This document shows positions 9,147 to 19,930 of a stretch of DNA of 64,000 nucleotides, piece by piece. Under the pieces are notes generated by a model. It made no database searches. It saw only the letters and a list, made by a program, of their open reading frames with translations, and had not been told where the DNA came from. This DNA comes from an uncultured bacterium. Lineage in GTDB: Bacteria > Vulcanimicrobiota > CADAWZ01. Location of the stretch: NCBI GenBank assembly GCA_949288455.1, contig CASEKF010000036.1:12435-76434 (forward strand), read 5' to 3'. Every line of letters starts with the position of its first letter. The stretch's first letter is position 1. Made by a program: the position numbers and the translations under genes.

Positions 9147-11024
9147 ATGCAATATACAAAAGAAGAAAAAAAAGTTATACGTCAAGCTCTCAAGGCTTTA
9201 GGAAAAGAAAATCTTACTCTCATAGTTCATGGAGGCAGTTTTCCATCCGAACCCAATAAGGACTACGGATTCGGCACATACAATTCCGAAGCCGCCAAAA
9301 ATCTTATGCAATATATATCCGGCGTCTTTAATTCAATACAGCTCGGCCCTGCCGGCAAAACGAAAAAAGGACAGCCTTCTCCATACATGGGAACAATTTT
9401 TTCTTTAAATCCTCTTTTTATAGATTTAGAACAGCTGACTCAAGCTAAATGGAAACATATTCTGAGCGTAGAGACATATAAGAAAATATGCTACGAAAAT
9501 CCCAAAAAAGGCTTAGGAGAGGCCGATTACGATTATGCGTATGAAAAACATGAAGAAGCGATGCAAGAAGCTTTTGACAATTTTGACAAAGCCGACGAAG
9601 AATATCTAAAATTCGTAAAAGATAACGAATCCTGGCTTGAGCCTGACGCTTTATATGAAGCTTTGGCCAAAGAGCATAAAAACGATTACTGGTTAAACTG
9701 GAAAATAGAAGACGATAAAAATCTTTTCCGTTCAGACTCGGACGAAGATGCTCTGAAACGGCGCAGAGAAAGAATAAAAGAAGTAAAAATAAAACATGCC
9801 GACGTGATAGATTTTTATAAATTTTGTCAATATGTTATATGGAAACAAAATCTAGAAACAAAAAAATACGCCCAAGAATGCGGAATAAAAATGATCGCAG
9901 ACAGACAAGTAGCTTTTTCGGATAGAGATATATGGGCAAATCAAGAACTATTTCTAGACGATTGGCGTTTAGGATGCCCTCCTGACAGCTTCTCGAAAGA
10001 CGGACAACCTTGGGGGTTTCCTGTCGTAGATCCTAAAATGCTTTTTAACGAGGACGGAACTCTAGGGAAAGCTGGCAAACTAATAAAAAATCTCTATAAA
10101 AAAATGTTTTCGGAAAATTCAGGAGGCATACGTATAGATCATGTAGTCGGACTGATAGATCCTTGGATATATAAAAAAGGTTGCAAATCTATTCCTGAAG
10201 AAGGCGGAGGAAGGTTGTATTCATCACCTGAACATGAAATTCTATATAAATATGCGATAGCGTCAAAAGACGATCTTAATTTAAAAGTTCCGGCAGACAG
10301 CGAACAGAGAGTAAAAAAGCTGAACGAAGAACAGATAAAAAGATACGCCGCGTTTATGGAAAAACTTATAGTAGAAGCCGCCCAAGAATCCGGCCTCACA
10401 AAAGACGCAATAATATGCGAAGATTTAGGCTCTCAAACTTTTCCCGTGGAGACAGTAATGGAAAAATATAAACTTAACGGAATGAGGCTGATTCAATTTG
10501 TCGATCCTAACGATCCTAAAAGTAAATATAGGAGTTCAAACGTTCCTGAAAACTGCTGGATTATGGCAGGAACGCATGACAGCGAACCTATAAGTCTATG
10601 GGCTAAAAACCTAACGTTTACGCATATATCTTATCTCCACGCGCTGCAGCTGACGGAAGACGTTTACCCTTATCTAGCGGGAGAAGAACGTGAGAAGATG
10701 ATTATCAAACTTACTCAAGACGCAAGAATTTTAGCTAAAACTAAAATGACTGAGTTGTTTACCTCAAAATCGAAAAATATCCAAATATTTTTCGCCGACT
10801 TTTTTGGCATTCAAGAAATTTATAATCAACCGGGAGATCCTAAAGCAAAAAACTGGATTTTGAGAATTCCTCAAAATTTTGAATCCTTTCATAAAGACGC
10901 TATAGAAAACGGTTTCGGCTTTGATATAGTTTCGGTTCTAATAGACGCTATAAAAGCCAAAGGTTCCGAATTCATAAATGAACATAGAGCCGTATTAGAT
11001 AAATTGCAGTCGCTGCAAAAGTAA
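9147..11024 (+). CDS. malQ: 4-alpha-glucanotransferase (amylomaltase, GH77)
   Basis: GH77-like N-terminus (LIVHGGSFPS…YGFGTY) and length ~625 aa. Start chosen at ATG 9147, which has GGAGA 8 nt upstream, rather than the ORF-track start at 9108 that overlaps metF. Confidence 0.75.
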   Translation: MQYTKEEKKVIRQALKALGKENLTLIVHGGSFPSEPNKDYGFGTYNSEAAKNLMQYISGVFNSIQLGPAGKTKKGQPSPYMGTIFSLNPLFIDLEQLTQAKWKHILSVETYKKICYENPKKGLGEADYDYAYEKHEEAMQEAFDNFDKADEEYLKFVKDNESWLEPDALYEALAKEHKNDYWLNWKIEDDKNLFRSDSDEDALKRRRERIKEVKIKHADVIDFYKFCQYVIWKQNLETKKYAQECGIKMIADRQVAFSDRDIWANQELFLDDWRLGCPPDSFSKDGQPWGFPVVDPKMLFNEDGTLGKAGKLIKNLYKKMFSENSGGIRIDHVVGLIDPWIYKKGCKSIPEEGGGRLYSSPEHEILYKYAIASKDDLNLKVPADSEQRVKKLNEEQIKRYAAFMEKLIVEAAQESGLTKDAIICEDLGSQTFPVETVMEKYKLNGMRLIQFVDPNDPKSKYRSSNVPENCWIMAGTHDSEPISLWAKNLTFTHISYLHALQLTEDVYPYLAGEEREKMIIKLTQDARILAKTKMTELFTSKSKNIQIFFADFFGIQEIYNQPGDPKAKNWILRIPQNFESFHKDAIENGFGFDIVSVLIDAIKAKGSEFINEHRAVLDKLQSLQK

Positions 11025-11049
11025 AAGAAACCTTTAAAAATAAAATATA

Positions 11050-11082
11050 TTAAGCCCTGTTTCCTTAGGAAACAGGGCTTAA
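11050..11082. terminator. Bidirectional terminator between malQ and the amidohydrolase gene
   Basis: Inverted repeat taagccctgtttcc-ttag-gaaacagggctta. Confidence 0.6.
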
Positions 11083-11110
11083 TTATGCGGTATAATAACA
11101 AAATTGACGG

Positions 11111-12322
11111 TTAAATAAGAGTTTTCTTATCTAAAAGCTTTCCATGACTAATAACGTACTTAGGAGCTTCATGGTACCATAAAGCCTCGTAAACGCTAGG
11201 AGCGTTCAATACTACCAAATTCGCTTCGCAGCCTTCTTTTACTCCGTAATTTCTCAGGTTCATACACTCTGAGGCTCTGACGGTCAGCATATCGTAAATT
11301 TGTTCCATTTCAGGAAAAGTCGTCATCCACAGAAGATGAACGTTTAAAAAGCCAACTTCAAGCATATTGCATTGCCCGAAAGGATAATAAGCGTCGGCTA
11401 CGTCGTCCTGACCAAGACACACAAGATTGCCTTCCGACAACAATTCCTTAACTTTTGCATGGAGAGGTCCGGTATGAGGATCGCTCACGACCCCCATCCG
11501 CGCCTGTTTAAGCAAAGCGGAAAGCTTCTTAAAGTATGGAACTGAATAGGCGGACATAGCCCGAGCGTGATGAGCTAGACATCTCCCTTGCCTCTTATTT
11601 TTTATCGCGGCTACCGCGAACATTTCGAGGGTTTTAAGGCCCGGATCCCCCGCGTCGTCGACGAGCATCGAAATATCCTTATCATATTCGACGGCGAGTT
11701 TGAACATCTCGTCAATATGGGCCCTTTCGTCTTCTTCCGTAAACTCGATCCATGGTATTCCGCCCACCACGTCGCACCCCATCTCCATGGCCTGCCGCAT
11801 AAGATCTATAGTTCCGGGTTCTCTCACGACTCCGTCTTGAGGAAAAGCCACGACTTGAAGATCTACTATGCCTCTAAATTCCTCTTTAGCTTTTATAAGA
11901 GCTTTTACCGCTTCCAATTTTGCTTTCGAATCGACGTCTGCGAAAGCTCTTATAAAGAGATTTCCGTTTATGGCAGCTTTTGAAAGACATTTGCGGACAT
12001 TTTTTATAATCCAGTCTTCCCTATAATTTTCCTTAATTCTCGCGGCCAGCTCTATTGCGGTCATAGCGGACCCCATATCTTGACCATGATAAGTCTTAAG
12101 AGCTTTATCGTCGAGCATAGACACCGTGTAAACCTTGCAAAGATGCATATGAGCGTTACAAAAAGCCTCGGTCACCAAGCGTTTTTCAACGTCTATAGCA
12201 AGAGAATCATGAATAGTTTCATCCGAAGCCGGCGCAATCTTAGATATAATGCCTTTGCTTATAAAAATATCATACGTCCCTTCTTTGTCGCGCAAAGAAC
12301 AGTTTTTTAACGTTAAGTCCAT
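11111..12322 (-). CDS. Amidohydrolase-family metal-dependent hydrolase (cytosine deaminase-like)
   Basis: CNAHMHLCKV metal-binding His motif near the N-terminus and a later DD/H-containing core. Start trimmed to MDLTLKN (ATG at 12322), which is preceded by GGAGGA. Confidence 0.65.
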   Translation of the reverse strand: MDLTLKNCSLRDKEGTYDIFISKGIISKIAPASDETIHDSLAIDVEKRLVTEAFCNAHMHLCKVYTVSMLDDKALKTYHGQDMGSAMTAIELAARIKENYREDWIIKNVRKCLSKAAINGNLFIRAFADVDSKAKLEAVKALIKAKEEFRGIVDLQVVAFPQDGVVREPGTIDLMRQAMEMGCDVVGGIPWIEFTEEDERAHIDEMFKLAVEYDKDISMLVDDAGDPGLKTLEMFAVAAIKNKRQGRCLAHHARAMSAYSVPYFKKLSALLKQARMGVVSDPHTGPLHAKVKELLSEGNLVCLGQDDVADAYYPFGQCNMLEVGFLNVHLLWMTTFPEMEQIYDMLTVRASECMNLRNYGVKEGCEANLVVLNAPSVYEALWYHEAPKYVISHGKLLDKKTLI

Positions 12323-12486
12323 GAAAATCCTCCGTTTAAATATCTTTGGCAAGCTTATAATATAATTTATATAAAGTCGCAAAGTAAAGCTGATTATGAA
12401 TCGCTCATCCGCTAAAAAAAATTATATTCACAAGTTATTTCTTAAAATGCTAAATACCTCTTATCTGAGTATGAAAGTCAAAAATA

Positions 12487-14310
12487 TTACTCTACGGTAA
12501 CGCTTTTAGCCAAATTTCTGGGTTTATCTATATTGCAACCTCTTACGTCGGCAATATAATATGATAATAACTGAAGCGGCAAAACGGCTAATATTGCGGA
12601 AGCGTAAGGACTCGCCGAAGGTATTTTTATAAGAACTCTCGTATAAGACTCGGCTTCCATATCGTCTTCCGAAGCTACTCCTATAACTATGCCCTGTCTA
12701 GCCGAAACTTCTTTTATATTGCTTATAACCTTATCGTATAGAAAAGATTTTGTCATAATAACTACTACGGGACAGTCGCAATCGATAAGAGCTATAGGAC
12801 CATGCTTCATTTCTCCAGCGGCATACCCCTCGGCATGAATATACGAAATTTCCTTTAATTTTAAAGCCCCTTCCAAAGCCAGAGGATAATTTAAGTTACG
12901 GCCAAGGAAAAGAAAATCTCTGCAACTATGAAACATCCTAGCTACTCGTCGGATATTTTTAACATTTTTAAGAATCTCTTCCATTTTTTCCGGCAATAGC
13001 TTCAGCTCTGCAATATATGGAGCTATTGCGTTTTTAGAAAGAATACCCTTTGCTTCGGCAAGATAAAGCGCCAGAGCGTACATTACAAGCGACTGAGCGG
13101 TAAAAGTTTTCGTCGCGGCTACGCCCATCTCGAATCCCGCCCTAGTGTATATAACTCCGTCTACTTCCCTAGTGATAGAGCTTCCGACTACGTTAGTAAC
13201 GGCTATAATACCGGAGCCTTTCGACTTAACTTTTTTAACGGCTTCTATAGTATCCGCCGTTTCTCCAGACTGACTCACAACGATAAAAAGCGAGTCGTCG
13301 CACGGAAGAGATTCTCTATAAATAAATTCCGACGCTACGTCTATATCGACGGGGATTTTAGCGATCTGCTCGATAAAATATTTTCCTAATAAACCGGCGT
13401 TATAAGCCGTTCCGCAAGCTACTATAGATATACGCCTCACCTTTTTAATTAAATCTAAATCAATATGCGCGTCGGAAAACGAAAACCCATCGTTCGTTAT
13501 AATACCGGCTAAAGTATTAGATATACTTGCCGGCTGTTCGTAAATTTCTTTGAGCATAAAATGTTTAAAACCGTTTTTTTCGGCCATATCGGCATTCCAA
13601 AGAATCATAGAAGTTTTATATTTAACTTCTTCGCCGCTAAATTTATATATTTTCAATCCTTCCGGAGAAATTATTCCAAGTTCGCCATTCTCGAGATAAA
13701 CGGCTTCTCTCGCAAAAGAAAGAAAAGCTATTACGTCCGAAGCGACAAAAAATTCGTCTTTTCCGAGACCTACTACGAGAGGAGATTTCATTCTTGCAAA
13801 AACTAATTTCTCAGGCTCGTCGGAAGAAAGGCAAACGATAGAAAAAGCTCCTTTTAATTTAGGAAGAGCGCATTTTACCGCTTCTTCAATATTTCCGTCG
13901 TAACAGTCTTCAATCAAATGAACGGCGACCTCGGTATCGGTATCTGAAATAAACTTGTGGCCTTTTTTAATCAAATCGCTTTTAAGCTCGCCATAATTCT
14001 CAATAATTCCATTATGAACTATCGCTATTTTTCCGGAACAATCTTTATGCGGATGAGCGTTTATCTCAGAAGGAACTCCATGAGTAGCCCATCTGCTGTG
14101 GCCTATTCCGGCAATTCCTTCAATTGGAGTTTCAGAATATTTACGTTCAAGATTTTCTATTTTCCCAACGCTCTTTAAAATTTTAAGACCGCCGGCAGAA
14201 ACCGCGGCTATACCAGACGAATCATAGCCTCTGTATTCCATTTTTTTTAAGCCATGCAGCAGAACCTGAGAAACTTTTCTTTTGCCGACATATCCTATAA
14301 TACCGCACAT
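12487..14310 (-). CDS. glmS: Glutamine--fructose-6-phosphate aminotransferase (isomerizing)
   Basis: MCGIIGYVG N-terminal nucleophile Cys. Two SIS domains. 607 aa. Confidence 0.92.
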   Translation of the reverse strand: MCGIIGYVGKRKVSQVLLHGLKKMEYRGYDSSGIAAVSAGGLKILKSVGKIENLERKYSETPIEGIAGIGHSRWATHGVPSEINAHPHKDCSGKIAIVHNGIIENYGELKSDLIKKGHKFISDTDTEVAVHLIEDCYDGNIEEAVKCALPKLKGAFSIVCLSSDEPEKLVFARMKSPLVVGLGKDEFFVASDVIAFLSFAREAVYLENGELGIISPEGLKIYKFSGEEVKYKTSMILWNADMAEKNGFKHFMLKEIYEQPASISNTLAGIITNDGFSFSDAHIDLDLIKKVRRISIVACGTAYNAGLLGKYFIEQIAKIPVDIDVASEFIYRESLPCDDSLFIVVSQSGETADTIEAVKKVKSKGSGIIAVTNVVGSSITREVDGVIYTRAGFEMGVAATKTFTAQSLVMYALALYLAEAKGILSKNAIAPYIAELKLLPEKMEEILKNVKNIRRVARMFHSCRDFLFLGRNLNYPLALEGALKLKEISYIHAEGYAAGEMKHGPIALIDCDCPVVVIMTKSFLYDKVISNIKEVSARQGIVIGVASEDDMEAESYTRVLIKIPSASPYASAILAVLPLQLLSYYIADVRGCNIDKPRNLAKSVTVE

Positions 14311-14894
14311 AATGTATATATGGTCTCCGCTTCTATTTTTTATTATATTGAAAACGATTAATTTAAAAGTTATAATCCTAAATTATTAAATTCTTCACCT
14401 TAACATACAGATTCCTTCTAAAAGAACGTCTTATCGCGTCATACTCAATCTTTGCCAAAGGGTTAAGTGAAGGAGATAATAAGCCATTGTCGAACATCTA
14501 GACGAAGAAAGTTATTATTCCAAAAATCATTGCAAGCCCGATGTGCCTATAAATTTCTAAAGATATGCGAATGTATAAAATATATTCAATAAAGTCTAAA
14601 GCATTGGAAGACTTGACTTTCAAAATCAAATGCGCGCTTTATTTAAGCGATTTTATAATTTCTTCTTCCATAATAAAAAACGCTTAAAAGCGAACTATTT
14701 CCGCATTTTCAGATTTAAAAGTAAAACGACGCAAGCGCCAAAGCGCTTGAAGGCGTAAAAGCGCCTAAAGATGAGCTAAGAAATTTAAGTAAATAGATAG
14801 CGCGCATTTTAACGATAACGCTTAAGCGGTCCCTACTTTATCGTACCGCTTTTCTAATACGTCCTAATTATTAAATATTTGGAGGTCTACTATC

Positions 14895-17348
14895 ATGTGG
14901 GAACCTTTTACCGAACGCGCCAGAAGATCAATAGTGCTCGCTCAGGAAGAAGCTCAGAGGTTAGGCAATAATTACATAGGAACGGAACATCTGCTCTTAG
15001 GAATAATGAGCGAAGGAGAAAGCGTAGCGGCTAAAGTGCTGGAACATTTAGATCTTACTTTAGCCAAAGTTCGCCAAGAAGTAGAAAATATCATAGGCAA
15101 AGGAGCAAAAACTACTTCTAAAGAAATGGTTTTCACTCCTAGAGCAAAACGAGTCATAGAGCTCGCGTTCGACGAAGCGCGAAATTTATCTCATAACTAT
15201 ATAGGAACGGAACATCTGCTCTTAGGGATAATTAAAGAAAGCGAAGGAATCGCAGCGAGAGTTATATCAAACTTAGGAGTAGACGCGGCTAAAATCAGAA
15301 CTGAAATAACAAAACTTTTAGGAATAGAGACAGCGCCGGCGCCGATAAAAGAAAAGACTAAAACTCCCACTTTGGACCAATACAGCAGAGATTTGACGAA
15401 ACTCGCTAGAGAGAAAAAATTAGATCCAGTTATAGGACGTCATTCTGAAATAGAAAGAATAATACAAATCCTTTCCAGACGCCAAAAAAACAATCCGGCT
15501 TTACTCGGAGAACCCGGAGTCGGAAAAACGGCCATCGTAGAAAGCTTAGCGCAAAGAATAGTAGCTTCCGACGTTCCCGACACAATCAGAGACAAACGAG
15601 TAGTAGCGATAGATATGGCGTCGTTAGTAGCCGGCACAAAATACAGAGGCGAATTTGAAGAGCGGCTTAAAAAAGTCATGGAGGAAATAAAATCGGCCTC
15701 AGGAGAGATAATATTATTTATCGACGAACTCCATACTATAGTGGGAGCCGGGGCCGCAGAAGGAGCCATAGACGCGGCTAACATCCTAAAGCCTCCTCTG
15801 GCGAGAGGCGAATTGCAGTGCATAGGCTCTACGACTCCGGACGAATACAGAAAACATATTGAAAAAGACGCCGCTTTAGAGAGACGATTCCAACCGGTTT
15901 CAATTGCGGAACCTAATCAAGCTGAAGCTATAGAAATTCTAAAAGGCTTACGAGATAAATATGAAGCTCATCATAAAGTCAGAATAACAGACGAAGCGAT
16001 AGAGATGTCCGTTAAACTTGCGGATAGATATATCAGCGACAGATTTCTTCCGGACAAAGCGATAGACGTAATGGACGAAGCCGCGTCCAGAGTAAGGCTT
16101 CAGTCGACTCTACCTCCGGCCGATCTCAGACAGGCGGAAGCAGATTTAAGAAGACTTAAAGAAGAAAAAGAAACCGTAATAAAAGCTCAAGAATATGAAA
16201 AAGCGGCTCTTCTCAGAGAAAAAGAAGACGAATTACGTAAGAAAAGAGACGAACTTCAAAAAGAATGGGCTCAGAAAAAACACAGTAAAGGCGATATGCT
16301 GAACGTGCTCACAGAAGAAGACGTAGCTTACGTCATTTCGCAATGGACAAAAATTCCGGTAACAAAACTAGCTGAAGCCGAATCGATGAAACTTCTCAAC
16401 ATGGAGAAAGAGCTTGAAAAACGCATAATAGGACAAGACGAAGCTATTCATATCGTATCTAAATCCATAAGGAGAGCGCGAGCCGGACTCCAAGATCCTA
16501 AAAGGCCGGTAGGTTCCTTCATCTTTTTAGGCCCTACGGGCATAGGAAAAACAGAGCTTGCAAAAGCTCTTACGGAATTTCTATTCGACGACGAAGACGC
16601 GTTGGTAAGAATAGATATGTCCGAATATATGGAAAAATTCGCGGTATCACGACTCGTCGGGGCGCCTCCGGGATACGTTGGATTCGAAGAGGGCGGACAG
16701 CTTACTGAAGTAGTGCGAAGAAAACCCTATTCCGTAGTGCTTCTAGACGAGATAGAAAAGGCTCATCCGGACGTATTCAATATTCTTCTTCAAATACTTG
16801 AAGACGGAAGATTAACCGATTCTCAAGGACGCAACGTAAACTTTAAAAATACCGTGATCATAATGACCTCGAATATAGGAACTTCCACGACGATAGAAGG
16901 CGGAGAGATAGGAATACGTTCAGTTAAGGACTTAGGAACTCCCGAAGCCCGTCATGAACGCACTAAAAGAAAAATTTTGGACGAAGTGAAAAAACTATTT
17001 AAGCCGGAACTTTTAAACAGAATAGACGAAGTAATTGTCTTCAGGCATTTAGGAGAAGAAGAAATCAAAAAAATAGTCGACTTAATGATGAATCGCGTAC
17101 GTTCTGAAATAGAAGCTCAAAAAAGACATATGGAAATTACCGACGCGGCTAGAGAAAGGCTTGCGAAAGAAGGATACGATCCCGCTTACGGAGCTCGTCC
17201 GCTCAGACGCGCCATTCAAAGGATGGTAGAAGATCCTTTGGCCGAAGAATTTATACGCGGAACATACGACGAAGAAGAAACCGTATTGATCGACATAGAT
17301 CCGAAAGACGAGAAAAAACTTACTTTTACAAAGAAAAGCGCTAAATAA
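14895..17348 (+). CDS. clpC: ATP-dependent Clp protease ATP-binding subunit ClpC
   Basis: Duplicated Clp-N repeats (NYIGTEHLLLGI twice). Two AAA+ modules (GEPGVGKTAIVE; GPTGIGKTELAKAL). Central coiled-coil/UVR-like segment. RBS GGAGG 8 nt upstream. Confidence 0.92.
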   Translation: MWEPFTERARRSIVLAQEEAQRLGNNYIGTEHLLLGIMSEGESVAAKVLEHLDLTLAKVRQEVENIIGKGAKTTSKEMVFTPRAKRVIELAFDEARNLSHNYIGTEHLLLGIIKESEGIAARVISNLGVDAAKIRTEITKLLGIETAPAPIKEKTKTPTLDQYSRDLTKLAREKKLDPVIGRHSEIERIIQILSRRQKNNPALLGEPGVGKTAIVESLAQRIVASDVPDTIRDKRVVAIDMASLVAGTKYRGEFEERLKKVMEEIKSASGEIILFIDELHTIVGAGAAEGAIDAANILKPPLARGELQCIGSTTPDEYRKHIEKDAALERRFQPVSIAEPNQAEAIEILKGLRDKYEAHHKVRITDEAIEMSVKLADRYISDRFLPDKAIDVMDEAASRVRLQSTLPPADLRQAEADLRRLKEEKETVIKAQEYEKAALLREKEDELRKKRDELQKEWAQKKHSKGDMLNVLTEEDVAYVISQWTKIPVTKLAEAESMKLLNMEKELEKRIIGQDEAIHIVSKSIRRARAGLQDPKRPVGSFIFLGPTGIGKTELAKALTEFLFDDEDALVRIDMSEYMEKFAVSRLVGAPPGYVGFEEGGQLTEVVRRKPYSVVLLDEIEKAHPDVFNILLQILEDGRLTDSQGRNVNFKNTVIIMTSNIGTSTTIEGGEIGIRSVKDLGTPEARHERTKRKILDEVKKLFKPELLNRIDEVIVFRHLGEEEIKKIVDLMMNRVRSEIEAQKRHMEITDAARERLAKEGYDPAYGARPLRRAIQRMVEDPLAEEFIRGTYDEEETVLIDIDPKDEKKLTFTKKSAK

Positions 17349-17433
17349 GGCAGAAAAGCGTTACTATAAGAAGGCTGCGGACGTATTCATGTTCGCAGCC
17401 TCTTGGCAATTAACAGAACATCGTTTAAAGAAT

Positions 17434-18789
17434 ATGAAAATGAAAACTCAATATGTGTGTTCTAACTGCGGCAGCGTATCTATCAAATGGCTGGGGAAAT
17501 GTCCCGACTGCGGCAAATGGAATACTTTTGCCGAAGAAGCCTATCCGGCGAAAAATGCCTCGCAAAGGCAACTTTTGTCAGGCGCGTCTCATCCTGAACG
17601 CATAGATGAGATCAATACGGCCGAACATCTTAGAATAACTACTAAAATAGACGAATTCGACAGAGTCTTAGGAGGCGGCATAGTCCCGGGATCTGTAACT
17701 CTTCTTGGGGGAGCTCCGGGAATAGGAAAATCAACTTTGCTTCTTCAAGTCTCCGAAGGGGTTTCAAACTATGGCACGGTACTCTACGTAAGCGGAGAAG
17801 AATCGCCAAGACAGATAAAAATGAGAGCCGACAGGCTGGGAGCTTGTCCTGAGAACTTATACATTCTATCTGAAGTCAGTCTTGAAAACATAATAATAAG
17901 AGCAGGCGAACTAGCCCCCTCTCTAATCATAATCGATTCAATCCAAACTATATTTAAATCCGGGATAGAAAGCGCTCCCGGAAGCGTAACTCAAATAAGA
18001 GAATGCGCGGCATCCCTGGTTCGACTGGCAAAATCGACCGAAGCCTCTCTTATAATAGTTGGACATGTTACTAAAGACGGCAATATAGCGGGGCCAAGAC
18101 TTCTTGAACATTTAGTGGACACAGTTATATATTTCGAAGGGGAACAGCTCCAAAATTTCAGAATAATTAAGCCTGTAAAAAACAGATTCGGATCTACGGA
18201 CGAAGCCGGTATATTTGAAATGACTTCGTCAGGTTTACAAAGCATAAAAAATCCTTCCGGATATTTTCTTGCCGGAAGAGGAGAAGAAGTTTCAGGTTCC
18301 GTTATAGCTCCGGTTATAGAAGGCTCTAGGGCTATACTTATAGAGATTCAAGCTCTCGTTACAAAATCATATTACGGAATCCCTACAAGACGGGTGAACG
18401 GAATAGATCCAAATAGACTCAGCCTAATTTTAGCCGTATTGGAAAAACGAGCCGGCATCCAAATCTCTCCATACGACGTATACGTTAACGTAGTGGCCGG
18501 AATGGAACTTGAAGAACCGGCGGTAGATTTGGGGATAGCCGCGGCAGTCTTATCAAGTTACTCCGACAAACCTTTTGGAATAAATTCCACTATTTTTGGA
18601 GAAATAGGATTAGGAGGAGAAATAAGAAGCGTTTCATACGCCGACAAGCGAATTATTGAAGCTGAAAGATTAGGATTCGAAAAAATATGGATTCCTTACC
18701 GAAATTTTTCATCTATACCGGCAAAAGCCTCAAAAAATAAAATAAAACCTCTCGTAAATATAAAAGAACTGCTTCATGGAGTTTTTTAA
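17434..18789 (+). CDS. radA: DNA repair protein RadA/Sms
   Basis: C4 zinc finger CSNCGSVSIKWLGKCPDCGKW. Walker A GAPGIGKST. KNRFG motif. Lon-protease-like C-terminal domain. Start moved to MKMKT. Confidence 0.9.
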   Translation: MKMKTQYVCSNCGSVSIKWLGKCPDCGKWNTFAEEAYPAKNASQRQLLSGASHPERIDEINTAEHLRITTKIDEFDRVLGGGIVPGSVTLLGGAPGIGKSTLLLQVSEGVSNYGTVLYVSGEESPRQIKMRADRLGACPENLYILSEVSLENIIIRAGELAPSLIIIDSIQTIFKSGIESAPGSVTQIRECAASLVRLAKSTEASLIIVGHVTKDGNIAGPRLLEHLVDTVIYFEGEQLQNFRIIKPVKNRFGSTDEAGIFEMTSSGLQSIKNPSGYFLAGRGEEVSGSVIAPVIEGSRAILIEIQALVTKSYYGIPTRRVNGIDPNRLSLILAVLEKRAGIQISPYDVYVNVVAGMELEEPAVDLGIAAAVLSSYSDKPFGINSTIFGEIGLGGEIRSVSYADKRIIEAERLGFEKIWIPYRNFSSIPAKASKNKIKPLVNIKELLHGVF

Positions 18790-18835
18790 AAAACATAACG
18801 CGACTTATATCTTTAACTAGCAGGTTTAAAACTAA

Positions 18836-19930
18836 ATGGAGAAATTAATCAAAGGGACATTTTTAATAATTTTTTCTCTTTGCGGAAGTATTTTAGGATG
18901 GAACGTTCATAAATATACTCTGCCTATCTTTCAGGAACTTCCTGCCGAACTTTTGCCGGTAAACGGAGTAATATTTACAAGTTTAGGAATTATTATAGGC
19001 ATTACATTAAGTCAATTCACTTCGAAGTCGATCTTAAACATAGTTGATTCAAGCGCTAAAAAATTACTTTCAATGCCTTCCGGGCAATTAGCGGGATCTG
19101 CGGCAGGACTTATTATAGGCTTAATCATATCTTCGCTGATCATATTCATATTATCCGTTATCCCTTTGGAATTAATTCCTTTCGGCAAGTATATTTTCGC
19201 TCTAACTGCGCTTGTAATATCTATTTTTCTATGTTATATGGGTATCTTCTTTGGCGCTAAAATTATAGGCAAGATTCCTATCTCTTCAAAAATACTGAAT
19301 TCTCCAAAAGGTTTAGATATACTTTGGGGAAACAAGTACAAAATTATAGACACAAGCGTCATAATAGACGGAAGGATTCAAGAAATAGCTAAATCGGGAT
19401 TTCTTGAAGGAACTATGACTGTTCCTAGATTCGTGTTAGCCGAACTGCAAGCTCTAGCGGATTCTTCGGACGATATGAAAAGGACAAAGGGACGAAAAGG
19501 TCTCGAACTGCTTGAAGCTATGCGGAAAGAATTCAGCATGGAAATCATAGAGCAAAATTATCCCGAGCTTCCGGTAGACGACAAGTTAATTAAACTTGCT
19601 CTGGAAATGCAGGCCGTTTTAGTCACTATAGACTATAATTTAAATAAAGTAGCCACAGTTCAAGGAGTGAACGTTTTAAATATAAACGACCTTTCCAACG
19701 CTTTAAAACCCGCCATAGTACCCGGAGAAATTTTAAAAGCGACAGTATTGAAGGAAGGAAAAGAGCAGAATCAGGGAGTAGCCTATATGGAAAACGGAAC
19801 TATGATCGTGATTGAAAACGGGAAAAAATATATTGGAGAAGAAGTGGTCATTGAGGCTACGAGCTGTCTTCAAACTTCGGCAGGCAAAATGGTGTTCGCA
19901 AAAATTTATCAAGGAAAATATAAACAATGA
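18836..19930 (+). CDS. PIN/TRAM domain membrane protein (YacL-like)
   Basis: N-terminal multi-TM region, then a PIN-like domain and a C-terminal TRAM-like beta barrel (…GEEVVIEATSCLQTSAGKMVFAKI). Lies between radA and ispD, as yacL does in Firmicutes. Confidence 0.7.
   Translation: MEKLIKGTFLIIFSLCGSILGWNVHKYTLPIFQELPAELLPVNGVIFTSLGIIIGITLSQFTSKSILNIVDSSAKKLLSMPSGQLAGSAAGLIIGLIISSLIIFILSVIPLELIPFGKYIFALTALVISIFLCYMGIFFGAKIIGKIPISSKILNSPKGLDILWGNKYKIIDTSVIIDGRIQEIAKSGFLEGTMTVPRFVLAELQALADSSDDMKRTKGRKGLELLEAMRKEFSMEIIEQNYPELPVDDKLIKLALEMQAVLVTIDYNLNKVATVQGVNVLNINDLSNALKPAIVPGEILKATVLKEGKEQNQGVAYMENGTMIVIENGKKYIGEEVVIEATSCLQTSAGKMVFAKIYQGKYKQ

Noticed and set aside
14311-14500. Possible glmS ribozyme in the 5' UTR of glmS (minus strand)
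   Set aside because: The region immediately upstream of glmS is very AT-rich. It lacks the GC-containing conserved core stretches of the glmS ribozyme that I can recall (for example the GACGAGGA / GGCG pairing elements). Only a covariance-model scan could settle it.
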